NCBI GenBank assembly: GCA_963741095.1
Contig: CAVUGN010000002.1
Location: 201,546 to 265,545 of the forward strand
DNA length: 64,000 nucleotides
Source: an uncultured Candidatus Micrarchaeota archaeon
GTDB taxonomy: Archaea > Micrarchaeota > Micrarchaeia > Micrarchaeales > Micrarchaeaceae
Reading direction: 5' to 3'
Shown here: in pieces, positions 28,045-36,897 of the stretch
Layout: each line of letters starts with the position of its first letter
How positions within the stretch are numbered: the stretch's first letter is position 1
Notes under the pieces: generated by a model
Databases searched by the model: none
Told to the model about the DNA's origin: nothing
Seen by the model: the letters and a program-made list of their open reading frames with translations, nothing else
Translations under genes and position numbers: made by a program

Positions 28045-29097
28045 TTAACCAACCATCTCAAGGTCGCCGTATTGTGGCTCCTTCTTCTCTCCTAGCTTGC
28101 CCACAATGCTCGCTCCCTTGACCCCGCAGACTATCGCGACTATCTCTATCTGGTCGTCGTAGCCCGGCATCAGCCTAGCGCCCCACTTTATGTTGGCCTT
28201 CTGGTCCATGCGCTCCGTTATTATCTCTCCGGCCTTTATCGCATCGCCTATGGTCATCGATGCTCCTCCAGAGATGTGTATCAATGCTCCCGAAGCTCCC
28301 TCGAAGTCAACATCAAGCAGCCTGTTCTTCAGCACCGATTCCGCCGCAAGGCCCACCTTGTCGGTTCCCTTGCCGCTTCCGACAGCGATGAAGCCGACTC
28401 CGCCGCCGCCCATTATGCTTCTGACATCGGCAAAGTCTATGTTTATCAGGCTTGGCTGGGTTATTGTCCACACCAGTCCGCCTATTGCTTTTGCCATGAC
28501 CTCGTCCGCAAGCGCGAACGCGTCGTTCATCGGCAGGTTAGGCACCAGCTTAACCAACCTGTTGTTGTCCAATATGATTACGCTGTCGCTGAAGTTCCTG
28601 AGCTTCGCGATGCCCTCCTCGGCCTTTACCTTTCTCACTCTCTCGAGGTCGAACGGGTAGGTTACCATTGCAACAACGATCGCTCCCTGCTCCTTCGCGA
28701 TCTGTGCCGCTATCGGAATGGAACCAGTTCCGGTTCCGCCTCCCATACCGCAGCATAGGAATGCTATCTGTGCACCAGAGAAGATGTTTTCAAGCGCCTG
28801 CCTGTCCATCTCCGCAGCCTTTGCGCCCAAATTCGGGTCTCCGCCCGCACCCAGACCCCTTGTCAAGGTCTTTCCGATAAGCACCTTCTTTATGCGCTCG
28901 TCGATTATCTTGAAGTGCTGCGCATCCGTGTTAACAGCATAGAATTCCGTGCCCTTCACGCCGACTTTTATCAATCGGTTCACTATGTTGCATCCTGCGC
29001 CACCCAAACCCACAGTAACAATCTTTATTTCCGTGGAGCTGAATTGCTCATCCGCGTCCTTCGTCTGACCTAATACTTCACTTACCATGTCGCTCAT
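28045..29097 (-). CDS. ftsZ: FtsZ paralogue B
   Basis: GLGGAGCN, GMGGGTGTG and INIDFAD; likely start MSDMVS at 29097. Confidence 0.95.
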   Translation of the reverse strand: MSDMVSEVLGQTKDADEQFSSTEIKIVTVGLGGAGCNIVNRLIKVGVKGTEFYAVNTDAQHFKIIDERIKKVLIGKTLTRGLGAGGDPNLGAKAAEMDRQALENIFSGAQIAFLCCGMGGGTGTGSIPIAAQIAKEQGAIVVAMVTYPFDLERVRKVKAEEGIAKLRNFSDSVIILDNNRLVKLVPNLPMNDAFALADEVMAKAIGGLVWTITQPSLINIDFADVRSIMGGGGVGFIAVGSGKGTDKVGLAAESVLKNRLLDVDFEGASGALIHISGGASMTIGDAIKAGEIITERMDQKANIKWGARLMPGYDDQIEIVAIVCGVKGASIVGKLGEKKEPQYGDLEMVG

Positions 29098-29466
29098 CTG
29101 ATCGCCAGTGAAATTTAATCTGATAACCTTTAAATGCTTTATGTTTTTTTCTGTGTTAATGGCTGTCTTGAAGTAAAGGGGCTCAGAATGACTTTTTCCA
29201 CCTTTTATTGTAGTAAAATACACGACGAGTGGGTTAGAGAAAAGGGCATTTTCATTTACTTAAGTAATGAAAAAATCACTCTACTACTGTAATATTACAT
29301 TATTCCATGCTCCCAATCTGCAGTTTCATCAGCCAAACAGCAACAGCCTAAAAACGAACAAAAATATTTTAATGCACGCCTTTTTTGCAGTTCCATGCCC
29401 CCAAAAAGTGTAACATTATTTAAATACTGCCTTGGATAATGTCTTGAAACACAAGCTCGTGATGAC

Positions 29467-30732
29467 ATGGTCGAAGAACTAAACCCTTTCAAAATAGCAC
29501 AGAGCCAGTTGGACGAAGCTGCAGGCATAATGGGCCTCGACAAACAGGCCCACGCGATACTCAGGGAGCCGATGAGAACCGTGGTCGCAAACATACCCGT
29601 CAAGATGAGAAACGGAACCACAAAGACCTTCACCGGCTTCCGCGTCATGTACAACAACGCAAGAGGGCCGGGGAAGGGGGGAATCCGTTTTCACCCGCAG
29701 GAGAATCTCGACACGGTCAAAGCACTCTCCGCATGGATGACCTGGAAATGTTCGCTTGCAAACATACCGTTCGGCGGTGCGAAGGGCGGAGTCATCTGCG
29801 ACACCAAGACAATGAACCCGCAGGAACTCGAGAACCTTTCAAGAGCGTATCTTCGCGCATTCAAAAACGTCATCGGCCCGAACATAGACGTTCCTGCACC
29901 TGATGTCTACACCACGCCGCAGATAATGGCGTGGATGATGGACGAGTACAGCCGAATGGCTGGACAAGATGAATTCGGAATGATAACCGGGAAGCCTCTA
30001 GAAATCTGGGGCTCTGAAGGCCGGTTCGATTCTACCGCATTGGGTGGCATGTATGTTCTCAGGGAAGCAGCAAAGCTGAAGAAGATGAACCTGAAGAATG
30101 CAAAAGTTGTGGTGCAAGGGTTCGGCAACGCCGGAACCTTCGCCTTCGACCTTTCGACGAAGATGTTCGGCGCGAAGGTCGTTGCGATAAGCGACTCGAC
30201 CGGCGGGGTGTACTCGGAAAAGGGTCTCGATTACGCCAAGCTGAAAAAAGCAAAGGATGAGACTGGCAGCGTTCAGGGCTACAAAGGAGCGCAGAGCGTG
30301 ACCAACGAGGAACTTCTGGAGCTCGATGCGGATGTGCTGATACCTGCGGCTATAGAGAACCAGATAACACAGAAGAACGCGAGCAAGATAAACGCAAAAA
30401 TACTACTGGAGCTTGCGAACGGCCCGGTCACCCCTTCAGCAGATGAGATACTGATCCAAAATGGCGTTTTCGACCTGCCTGATTTCCTGGTAAATTCCGG
30501 GGGTGTGATAGTCTCATACTTCGAGTGGGCGCAGAACAGGGGCGGATACTACTGGCGCGAGGACGAAGTCTACAACAAGCTGGACACGATAATAACGAAG
30601 TCCTTCAACGACATGATCCGGACGCAGAAGGATTACGCGGGCAAGGGCAAAAAGATAAGCCCGAGGATGGCTGCCTACATAATCGCAGTGGGCAGAGTCG
30701 CCAGCGCGATGAAGGTCAGAGGCTGGTACTGA
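29467..30732 (+). CDS. gdhA: Glutamate dehydrogenase (Glu/Leu/Phe/Val family)
   Basis: GPGKGGIRF, PFGGAKGG, DVPAPD, QGFGNAG and NSGGVIVSYFEW. Confidence 0.96.
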   Translation: MVEELNPFKIAQSQLDEAAGIMGLDKQAHAILREPMRTVVANIPVKMRNGTTKTFTGFRVMYNNARGPGKGGIRFHPQENLDTVKALSAWMTWKCSLANIPFGGAKGGVICDTKTMNPQELENLSRAYLRAFKNVIGPNIDVPAPDVYTTPQIMAWMMDEYSRMAGQDEFGMITGKPLEIWGSEGRFDSTALGGMYVLREAAKLKKMNLKNAKVVVQGFGNAGTFAFDLSTKMFGAKVVAISDSTGGVYSEKGLDYAKLKKAKDETGSVQGYKGAQSVTNEELLELDADVLIPAAIENQITQKNASKINAKILLELANGPVTPSADEILIQNGVFDLPDFLVNSGGVIVSYFEWAQNRGGYYWREDEVYNKLDTIITKSFNDMIRTQKDYAGKGKKISPRMAAYIIAVGRVASAMKVRGWY

Positions 30733-31300
30733 CACCCTTCTTGGAAAGGAACTTTTTCACACTGCGCATCAGCTTGGCCGATGTGGTGCGGTCCGTAAAC
30801 AGTATGCGGAACCATCCGGTGTAAGTTTCGGGATTCTTGCTGACATCATCCTTCAGGAATTCCATGGTGGCCCACTTCCAGTCCTTCGCCTCTTCTGGGC
30901 TCGGTTCGGGCTCGCCATCGTACATGCCGAACATCACGTGGTCGAACTCCCATTCGGTCAGGCCGTTGCCGACCGCGGTCTTGTAAATGAACGAAAATAC
31001 CTCTTCCATCTCGCAGTCGAAGCCCATCTCCTGCTCCAATCGGCGATGCGCTGCATCTACGGCGCTCTCGCCCTTGAACGGGTGCGAGCAGCAGGTGTTG
31101 GTCCATAAACCCTGAGAATGGTACTTGGTTTCTGCCCTCTGCTGGAGCATGGTCTGGCCTTCTTTGTTGAATACGAATACGGATATCGCCCGGTGCAGAG
31201 TGCCGCCGTTCTGGTGCGCCTTCATTTTTTCCTCCAGGCCAACCTCGTTGTCGTGATCGTCGACGAGAAGCACCATCTGCTTGACGTTCTCCTTTGCCAT
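30716..31300 (-). CDS. idi: Isopentenyl-diphosphate delta-isomerase, type 1 (Nudix)
   Basis: LHRAISVF, LQQRA..K, WTNTCCSHP and E.E.DHV. Confidence 0.95.
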   Translation of the reverse strand: MAKENVKQMVLLVDDHDNEVGLEEKMKAHQNGGTLHRAISVFVFNKEGQTMLQQRAETKYHSQGLWTNTCCSHPFKGESAVDAAHRRLEQEMGFDCEMEEVFSFIYKTAVGNGLTEWEFDHVMFGMYDGEPEPSPEEAKDWKWATMEFLKDDVSKNPETYTGWFRILFTDRTTSAKLMRSVKKFLSKKGVSTSL

Positions 31301-31349
31301 CCTAGCACCAATTTACACTGGGCAGGCAAAAACTAAAAAGCTGCGCAAG

Positions 31350-31371
31350 TACAACGACGCAAGTCGTTGTA
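31350..31371. promoter_or_regulatory. Perfect 9-bp inverted repeat in the divergent idi / transfer-operon intergenic region
   Basis: TACAACGAC-GCAA-GTCGTTGTA. Confidence 0.55.
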
Positions 31372-31495
31372 TCCATGCGCTACTCCACGCAGTAATGACT
31401 AATTAATTGCATAGATACGAATATTTAAATATTTATCTGAGTAAAATAGTTATACTAAAGTAAAAGATGAAGTAGCTGATTACATAAAGAATGTT

Positions 31496-31867
31496 TTGTG
31501 GGTGAGTGAATTGGGATATGGATACAAAATCGCAAAGTACGTAACGATACCTCTGATGGCATTGGCGCTCTCAACCAGGAGCGTCACTGCGGCGTCCGCG
31601 CCCGTGGTGTCTGAGATAAACAGCATAAAGTTGGTACTCATGCAGGTTGGACCGGCACTGAGCGCAGTGCTCTTTGTGCTTGCCGGCATATTCTATGCTA
31701 TAGGCCAGATGCTGCCGCCCGACAAAAAGGCAAATTTCCATACCGCGGCAGTCAACATAATAATTGGCGCTGTGGTTGTCGGTGCGCTGAGCGTTGCGTC
31801 GACTTCGCTTGCCATTGCTTCTACGCATTTGATCGGGAACCTGACCGCAATCAATTCAAGCATCTAA
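31496..31867 (+). CDS. VirB2/TrbC/CedA1-like pilin
   Basis: Leader peptide, then two hydrophobic helices joined by a short basic loop (LAGIFYAIGQMLPPDKKANFHTAAVNIIIG). Start may be the TTG at 31511. Confidence 0.65.
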   Translation: MWVSELGYGYKIAKYVTIPLMALALSTRSVTAASAPVVSEINSIKLVLMQVGPALSAVLFVLAGIFYAIGQMLPPDKKANFHTAAVNIIIGAVVVGALSVASTSLAIASTHLIGNLTAINSSI

Positions 31868-31879
31868 CAAGGTTTCTAC

Positions 31880-32929
31880 ATGAGCGGCGTTGGCATCTAT
31901 GGCGTGTCCGTAGGCATAATAGCAATAATGCTTGCGGTCTCGGGCATTGTTCTTGGCCTAGGATATGCGCTTGACGACAAAAGGCTGAAGGAATTCGGGC
32001 GCGACGAGCTGCTCCAATCCCTGATAAACGGCGCGATAGTCGGCTTCCTCTTCGTGGCATTCGGCAGTTCCGGATTCTTCACGCTTCTGGTGAACTCGCT
32101 CGCGAGCAGCCAATCCGTTGTGGCCTCGTGCCCTGCGTCAATCAATGCAAACTACGCCATATGCTTCGCCTACAACTACCTCGTCGGCGTCTCCCCGGTC
32201 CGCATAAACGGGGCAAGCTACCCCTCCCTGATGGATGTGTCTTTGCCGTTGCTCGTTGGCGTATCCGCCTCTTACACCGCGCTTAGCCTCATAGGATCCA
32301 TGCAATTCAGTATCGGGGTGTTCAGCATAAGCCTGACGAGTGCGCTTTCGCCGCTTCTGACGCAACTCAGCTACCTGATGAACGTGCTTACCTTCGCAAT
32401 AACCGGCATAGAGGTGCAGGCAATACTGCTCGAGTTCATAGCAATAACCGCGGTGCCCGTGCTGTTGCCCGTGGGCATCGCGCTCAGGGCGCTGTACCTC
32501 ACACGGAAGCTCGGCGGCGCGATGATAGCGATCACCATAGGGCTTTTCGGCGTCTTCCCACTGACGTACCTGCTCAACGCCGGGCTCACAAACAGCTATT
32601 TCAACACCACAAGCGCGTCCACCACCGATTCGCTTATCTCAAGCCTTGGCACAATGAATGACAACCTTATGAACACAGTGTCCAGCGCAAGCACCTCGCA
32701 GAACAGCACGGTGCGCAACGGCATGCTAAATTCATTGTCGGGCACCATAAGCGGGCTGATGGGCGGCGCCGAGACAATCATAAAGGAACTCCTAAACGTT
32801 ATCGCCTTCCTGATAATCGACATCTTCTTCCTCCCGGTTTTCAGCCTTATACTCACCGCGATATCTATCAGGGAATTCGCAAGGATACTCGGCTCAGAGG
32901 TGTCCTTCGGGAAACTGTTCATATACTAG
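31880..32929 (+). CDS. Polytopic membrane protein, CedA/VirB6-like
   Basis: Multiple TM helices, N-terminal LGYAL....LKEFG.DEL.Q, and PVGIALRAL..TRKLGGAMIA..IG...VFP, which recalls the CedA/VirB6 conserved segment. Lies between the pilin and the ATPase. Confidence 0.6.
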   Translation: MSGVGIYGVSVGIIAIMLAVSGIVLGLGYALDDKRLKEFGRDELLQSLINGAIVGFLFVAFGSSGFFTLLVNSLASSQSVVASCPASINANYAICFAYNYLVGVSPVRINGASYPSLMDVSLPLLVGVSASYTALSLIGSMQFSIGVFSISLTSALSPLLTQLSYLMNVLTFAITGIEVQAILLEFIAITAVPVLLPVGIALRALYLTRKLGGAMIAITIGLFGVFPLTYLLNAGLTNSYFNTTSASTTDSLISSLGTMNDNLMNTVSSASTSQNSTVRNGMLNSLSGTISGLMGGAETIIKELLNVIAFLIIDIFFLPVFSLILTAISIREFARILGSEVSFGKLFIY

Positions 32930-32936
32930 TGGTCGC

Positions 32937-33659
32937 TTGAACGATGTGATCTTTTATGGAATGCTTGCCGCGGTGCTGATCCTATCATTGTCAAGCCTCC
33001 TGAGCCTTAACGTCTTCCTGATCGCACTGAGCCTGTTGGCCGTGCTTACGTTGATCCTGACGCAAAAACTTTGGTTCGTGGTCGAGGCCTTGGTGTTCAA
33101 GCACACAAGCCTCATACAAGTGCTTGGCGATCAGCAACTGAGCGGAGACCGTTCGGCCGCCATAAGGCGGGCGAAGGGCGGGTTTGTTGCAACAACAATG
33201 GCCCTCCTCAGGGGCGATGCCCGGGAGAATGTGGACCGGGAAAAGATAGAGGCGATAATAGCGCACCTGAACTACCCATTCCGGTTTGTGCTTGACGTAA
33301 AACGGCTTGACGCAAACAAACTACTCGATAAGCTCCAAACCAAAAGAAGCCTCAAGGAGATAGCCCTTTCAAAAATGAGCGCAAACGGTCCGAGCGCCGC
33401 AAAAATGAGCGCGATCAAGCGTGAGATAGAAGAGATAGAGCGGGACATAAGCAACATAAGCGCGAGCACGCCCGTGAGCCTTGCAAGGTACATAGCCACC
33501 AGCGCAAAATCCGAAAGCCGATTTGCAGCAGAAGAGCATGCAAAATCCCAGATAAGGGCACTTGCAAGCGAATTCGGCACGCTGCTCAACTCGGAGGCTC
33601 AAATATTGGCTGGCACCGACCTGCTGGAATGCCTTGAAATCGATTCGATGGTCCGATGA
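32937..33659 (+). CDS. Membrane-anchored protein with coiled coil, coupled to the downstream ATPase
   Basis: Two N-terminal TM helices, soluble domain with heptad segment, ATGA overlap with the next gene. Confidence 0.7.
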   Translation: MNDVIFYGMLAAVLILSLSSLLSLNVFLIALSLLAVLTLILTQKLWFVVEALVFKHTSLIQVLGDQQLSGDRSAAIRRAKGGFVATTMALLRGDARENVDREKIEAIIAHLNYPFRFVLDVKRLDANKLLDKLQTKRSLKEIALSKMSANGPSAAKMSAIKREIEEIERDISNISASTPVSLARYIATSAKSESRFAAEEHAKSQIRALASEFGTLLNSEAQILAGTDLLECLEIDSMVR

Positions 33660-35038
33660 GCGCAAACTTCATATCCAATTCGGGCGTTGTCGCGGGATGC
33701 GTGTGCATGTCTGCAATGTCTGAGCCGCAAGCAGAGCAAAGCGAAGCTGGGGTGTACCTGGGCAACACAAAGATCTATCGCACGCCCTTCTATCTGGACA
33801 CAACAAAATTGGTAAACCCCCACGTGGTGGTGCTCGGGATGTCCGGCTCCGGAAAGACCTACCTCCTGAAAAGCATCGTGGCAAGAAGCCGGATGTACAA
33901 TTCAACAAGAGTTCTTGTGGTGGATTGGAACGGGGAATACAAGGAGCTTGTGTCCTTCCTGGGCGGCAAGACGCTACGGCTGGGTGCGGATTCGCGCATG
34001 AACATGTTTGAACTATTCGATGTCGGAAAAGACAAAGGCGCCAGGGCCGTACTCGATGCAATGGACAAGATAGTCAGATTCAACCGAAAAGAGCGCGCAA
34101 TCGTATACCGGTTTATGCTCGATTCAACAAAAAGCGCGAATGCGGCTCTGAACCTAAAAATGCTGATAAAGCAGCTCAATGTCGATCCACAGAACACCTA
34201 TGCCGATTCAAAGCTTAGGCAGCTTATGGGAAATCCCCTTTTTGCCGACCACACCAATTTCGACATCAAGAGCATTCTGGACGGGGTTACCAGCATAGAC
34301 CTCTCCGGTTTAAAGGATGACGGGCAAAGGGGCGAGGTGGCCAGGGCCGTACTCGGCATACTGATCAGGGCGATGCATCGTTCAGAAATGACCAGCTCTG
34401 CCAGGACCCTCATAGTGCTCGACGAGGGGTGGCGCCTGCTTGGAGATTCGGAAGAAGTTTCAACCCTATTCAGGGAGGGACGAAAGTACGGGTTTGGCCT
34501 TGCAATTGCAACCCAACTGGCAAAGGATGTGAACAACGAAGCGATGGCAAACGCGGCTTTTATCGCCATTTTCAAGCTCCAGAGCGGCGAGGATTATGAC
34601 CTATTGACCGAGGCTGGAATCATATCCGGAAACGACATCCCGCTATTGTCTGGATTGGACGTGGGCAAATGCATGATCCGCCTGGCGAAGAAAGAATCTT
34701 CAGAAGATGCAAGAAAATTTCTCATGGGCAGGATAGAAGGTGTGCACACTGAAATTTACAATCTTGTGTGTGAGCGTATGGACATCTCTGTTTCAGGAAG
34801 AAAATTCCTCGAGGAGACGGAAAGGCTGACTGCAAACATCGAAACAAAAAGCAGGATAATCGATTTTGCGAACGAGAATGGGCGAAACATCGATCTAACC
34901 GCTTTGGTAAAGTTAACGCTCCGATTGGGCATGAAACGGCCCGAAATAGTGCCGTACTTGAAGGCGCTGGGGGTGGACGACCTATCAATAATCAAATCGT
35001 GTGAGGCAGCCGATTTTGCGGCTCTAGAATTCATGTGA
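33656..35038 (+). CDS. HerA/VirB4/CedB-family ATPase
   Basis: NPHVVVLGMSGSGKT, VDWNGEY, LIVLDEGW, REGRKYG and IATQ. Confidence 0.9.
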   Translation: MSANFISNSGVVAGCVCMSAMSEPQAEQSEAGVYLGNTKIYRTPFYLDTTKLVNPHVVVLGMSGSGKTYLLKSIVARSRMYNSTRVLVVDWNGEYKELVSFLGGKTLRLGADSRMNMFELFDVGKDKGARAVLDAMDKIVRFNRKERAIVYRFMLDSTKSANAALNLKMLIKQLNVDPQNTYADSKLRQLMGNPLFADHTNFDIKSILDGVTSIDLSGLKDDGQRGEVARAVLGILIRAMHRSEMTSSARTLIVLDEGWRLLGDSEEVSTLFREGRKYGFGLAIATQLAKDVNNEAMANAAFIAIFKLQSGEDYDLLTEAGIISGNDIPLLSGLDVGKCMIRLAKKESSEDARKFLMGRIEGVHTEIYNLVCERMDISVSGRKFLEETERLTANIETKSRIIDFANENGRNIDLTALVKLTLRLGMKRPEIVPYLKALGVDDLSIIKSCEAADFAALEFM

Positions 35039-35042
35039 TGCC

Positions 35043-35723
35043 GTGGAAAATGACAATACGCTGATATGCGGCGCTTTTCATGCTCGTGCAGAGCCGCGCA
35101 GCTCCCTCATTGACATACGAAACGCTATGAAAGGCATGCCGGAAGCGAAACACACCTCAACGGGCACAAGAATGTTATACTCCATCGGAGTGGCTGGCGA
35201 CCGAAATGCACCAGAAGCGATGCTAGAACTGGCGCCCAAAGGGATAACCTTTACCTTCTATTTCAAAGAACCAAATCATCGTGTGTATAAACACAACCTG
35301 CTTCGATTCCTTTCGATCCTGGCGTACTTGAAAGACGAATACTCCGTGGACATCAGCGAAATCTACGGTTATGTGATAGAAGCACTGAGATACGAAGATT
35401 ACACGTTGACACAAGAAGCCGCCAGCATCGTCTACCAACCGAACGAACGCATGGACGTGCTTAACCGTGTGAACGTTTCGCTATCCCACGAGCTTTCATT
35501 GAAAAACGAGCGCATCAGAACGATGGACAAGCAGCTTGCTGCATACTTCTCTTTTAGCAAAAAGCTGATCCAAAAACTTTCAGTAAGCTGCAGCAGCGCG
35601 TCCCCCAACACAAATGAAATATTGAAAATTGCCGGAATAGATGAGGGTCTCGCAAAAGATATTCTACTGTTGATCGATGGAAACATCGGTGGCGACAAAA
35701 AAGATGGCGATAAACATGATTAA
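35043..35723 (+). CDS. Hypothetical protein with C-terminal coiled coil
   Basis: 226-aa ORF filling the operon, 4 nt after the ATPase stop. Confidence 0.7.
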   Translation: MENDNTLICGAFHARAEPRSSLIDIRNAMKGMPEAKHTSTGTRMLYSIGVAGDRNAPEAMLELAPKGITFTFYFKEPNHRVYKHNLLRFLSILAYLKDEYSVDISEIYGYVIEALRYEDYTLTQEAASIVYQPNERMDVLNRVNVSLSHELSLKNERIRTMDKQLAAYFSFSKKLIQKLSVSCSSASPNTNEILKIAGIDEGLAKDILLLIDGNIGGDKKDGDKHD

Positions 35724-36420
35724 TCTTGACTTCATGCTCTATGCTGCAAGTCCAAACGCGTACAATGGCAGTTATTACGCGCTACTGATACCAATCGGTG
35801 CAATAATCTTCTTATTAATCAAGGAGATGTCCGATTTTGATTCGGTAAACAAAGGAATATCAATTCGAACCTGTTGCGAAGCAGAACACGCCGAAGTGAT
35901 CAAAGTCGACAAGAAACTCTTCCAAGCCGTTCTGAATCGCACCAAAAGACTAGACGATGGTACGCTTGCCGTTAAAGATATGGCCGTGAACCTTGGCACA
36001 TTCGCCAACACGATGTCTGCAGAAATAGGGGCGACCTCCCGTACAGATCCGATCCGATACACAAAACTGATAAAAAACTGCAACAAGGTCGTACATGGAA
36101 ACCTAATCTGCTTTTCGGATACGCCCTACCTGGAAGCCAATGCAAGATCATACTATGACTGGGCAATCAAAAACAGCACGATAAAAATAAAAAAGAGATC
36201 GAACGCCAAAAATTTCCTAGATTCGTGCGGATTTGTATGCTATGCTGAACTTTGCCAGGATTCGATCAGACCCGGGGCAAAAACAAAAGATGTGAAGATA
36301 GGCGTCCTAAACAAAGCGGAGTTAGGCGCCATGTCCTGTTTAGAAAGCTTATACGACAAGGGTAGTGCATTGCTGTTGTTGCAGAAACTAAACAAAACAG
36401 TGCAGGTGATTAACTGCTGA
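35677..36420 (+). CDS. Hypothetical single-TM protein
   Basis: YYALLIPIGAIIFLLI helix followed by a soluble domain; start possibly the ATG at 35716. Confidence 0.65.
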   Translation: METSVATKKMAINMINLDFMLYAASPNAYNGSYYALLIPIGAIIFLLIKEMSDFDSVNKGISIRTCCEAEHAEVIKVDKKLFQAVLNRTKRLDDGTLAVKDMAVNLGTFANTMSAEIGATSRTDPIRYTKLIKNCNKVVHGNLICFSDTPYLEANARSYYDWAIKNSTIKIKKRSNAKNFLDSCGFVCYAELCQDSIRPGAKTKDVKIGVLNKAELGAMSCLESLYDKGSALLLLQKLNKTVQVINC

Positions 36421-36602
36421 ACTTTGCGAAATATTTTGCTAAGATTGGGCTTTCCATTGCCCTGTTGCTGTTTAATGCTGGTGCCATATCCCTTCTATCC
36501 GGCCATACCCTGGGAGTCAAGCCCCTCAACTCGTTAGCCACGAACATTCTCCTCGGAGCAACAATACTTACTGCATTTTCAACGCTTGCCTTTATTCTGT
36601 GA
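36414..36602 (+). CDS. Small 2-TM protein (62 aa) with apparent CTG start, absent from the ORF track
   Basis: The open frame LLNFAKYFAKIGLSIALLLFNAGAISLLSGHTLGVKPLNSLATNILLGATILTAFSTLAFIL fills the gap between its neighbours; strong AGGTGAT SD just before it. Confidence 0.55.
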   Translation: MLNFAKYFAKIGLSIALLLFNAGAISLLSGHTLGVKPLNSLATNILLGATILTAFSTLAFIL

Positions 36603-36606
36603 TGGT

Positions 36607-36897
36607 ATGCTAAAAAATGTGAAATCATTCTATGCAAAAAACAACGCATACGAGATGTTATTCGCATCGTTCACTGCAGGCATAACTGCGTTTTTCATGA
36701 TTTTTGGCATCACGAAACTTGCAGGATTCCAACCAACCCCCTTCATCGGATATTTTGCCTCAATTGTTTTGCTTCTTGTCATCCTTTCCACCGCATCAGC
36801 GTCAACAAGAAAAGCGTTTGTCATACCAAGAGCATCCAAAGTCCTGCTGCTCGCCACGCTTTCAATATCCCTCATAATATTCCACGCGATAATATGA
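36607..36897 (+). CDS. Small 3-TM membrane protein
   Basis: Three hydrophobic segments; ATG at 36607; ATGA overlap with the next ATPase. Confidence 0.65.
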   Translation: MLKNVKSFYAKNNAYEMLFASFTAGITAFFMIFGITKLAGFQPTPFIGYFASIVLLLVILSTASASTRKAFVIPRASKVLLLATLSISLIIFHAII

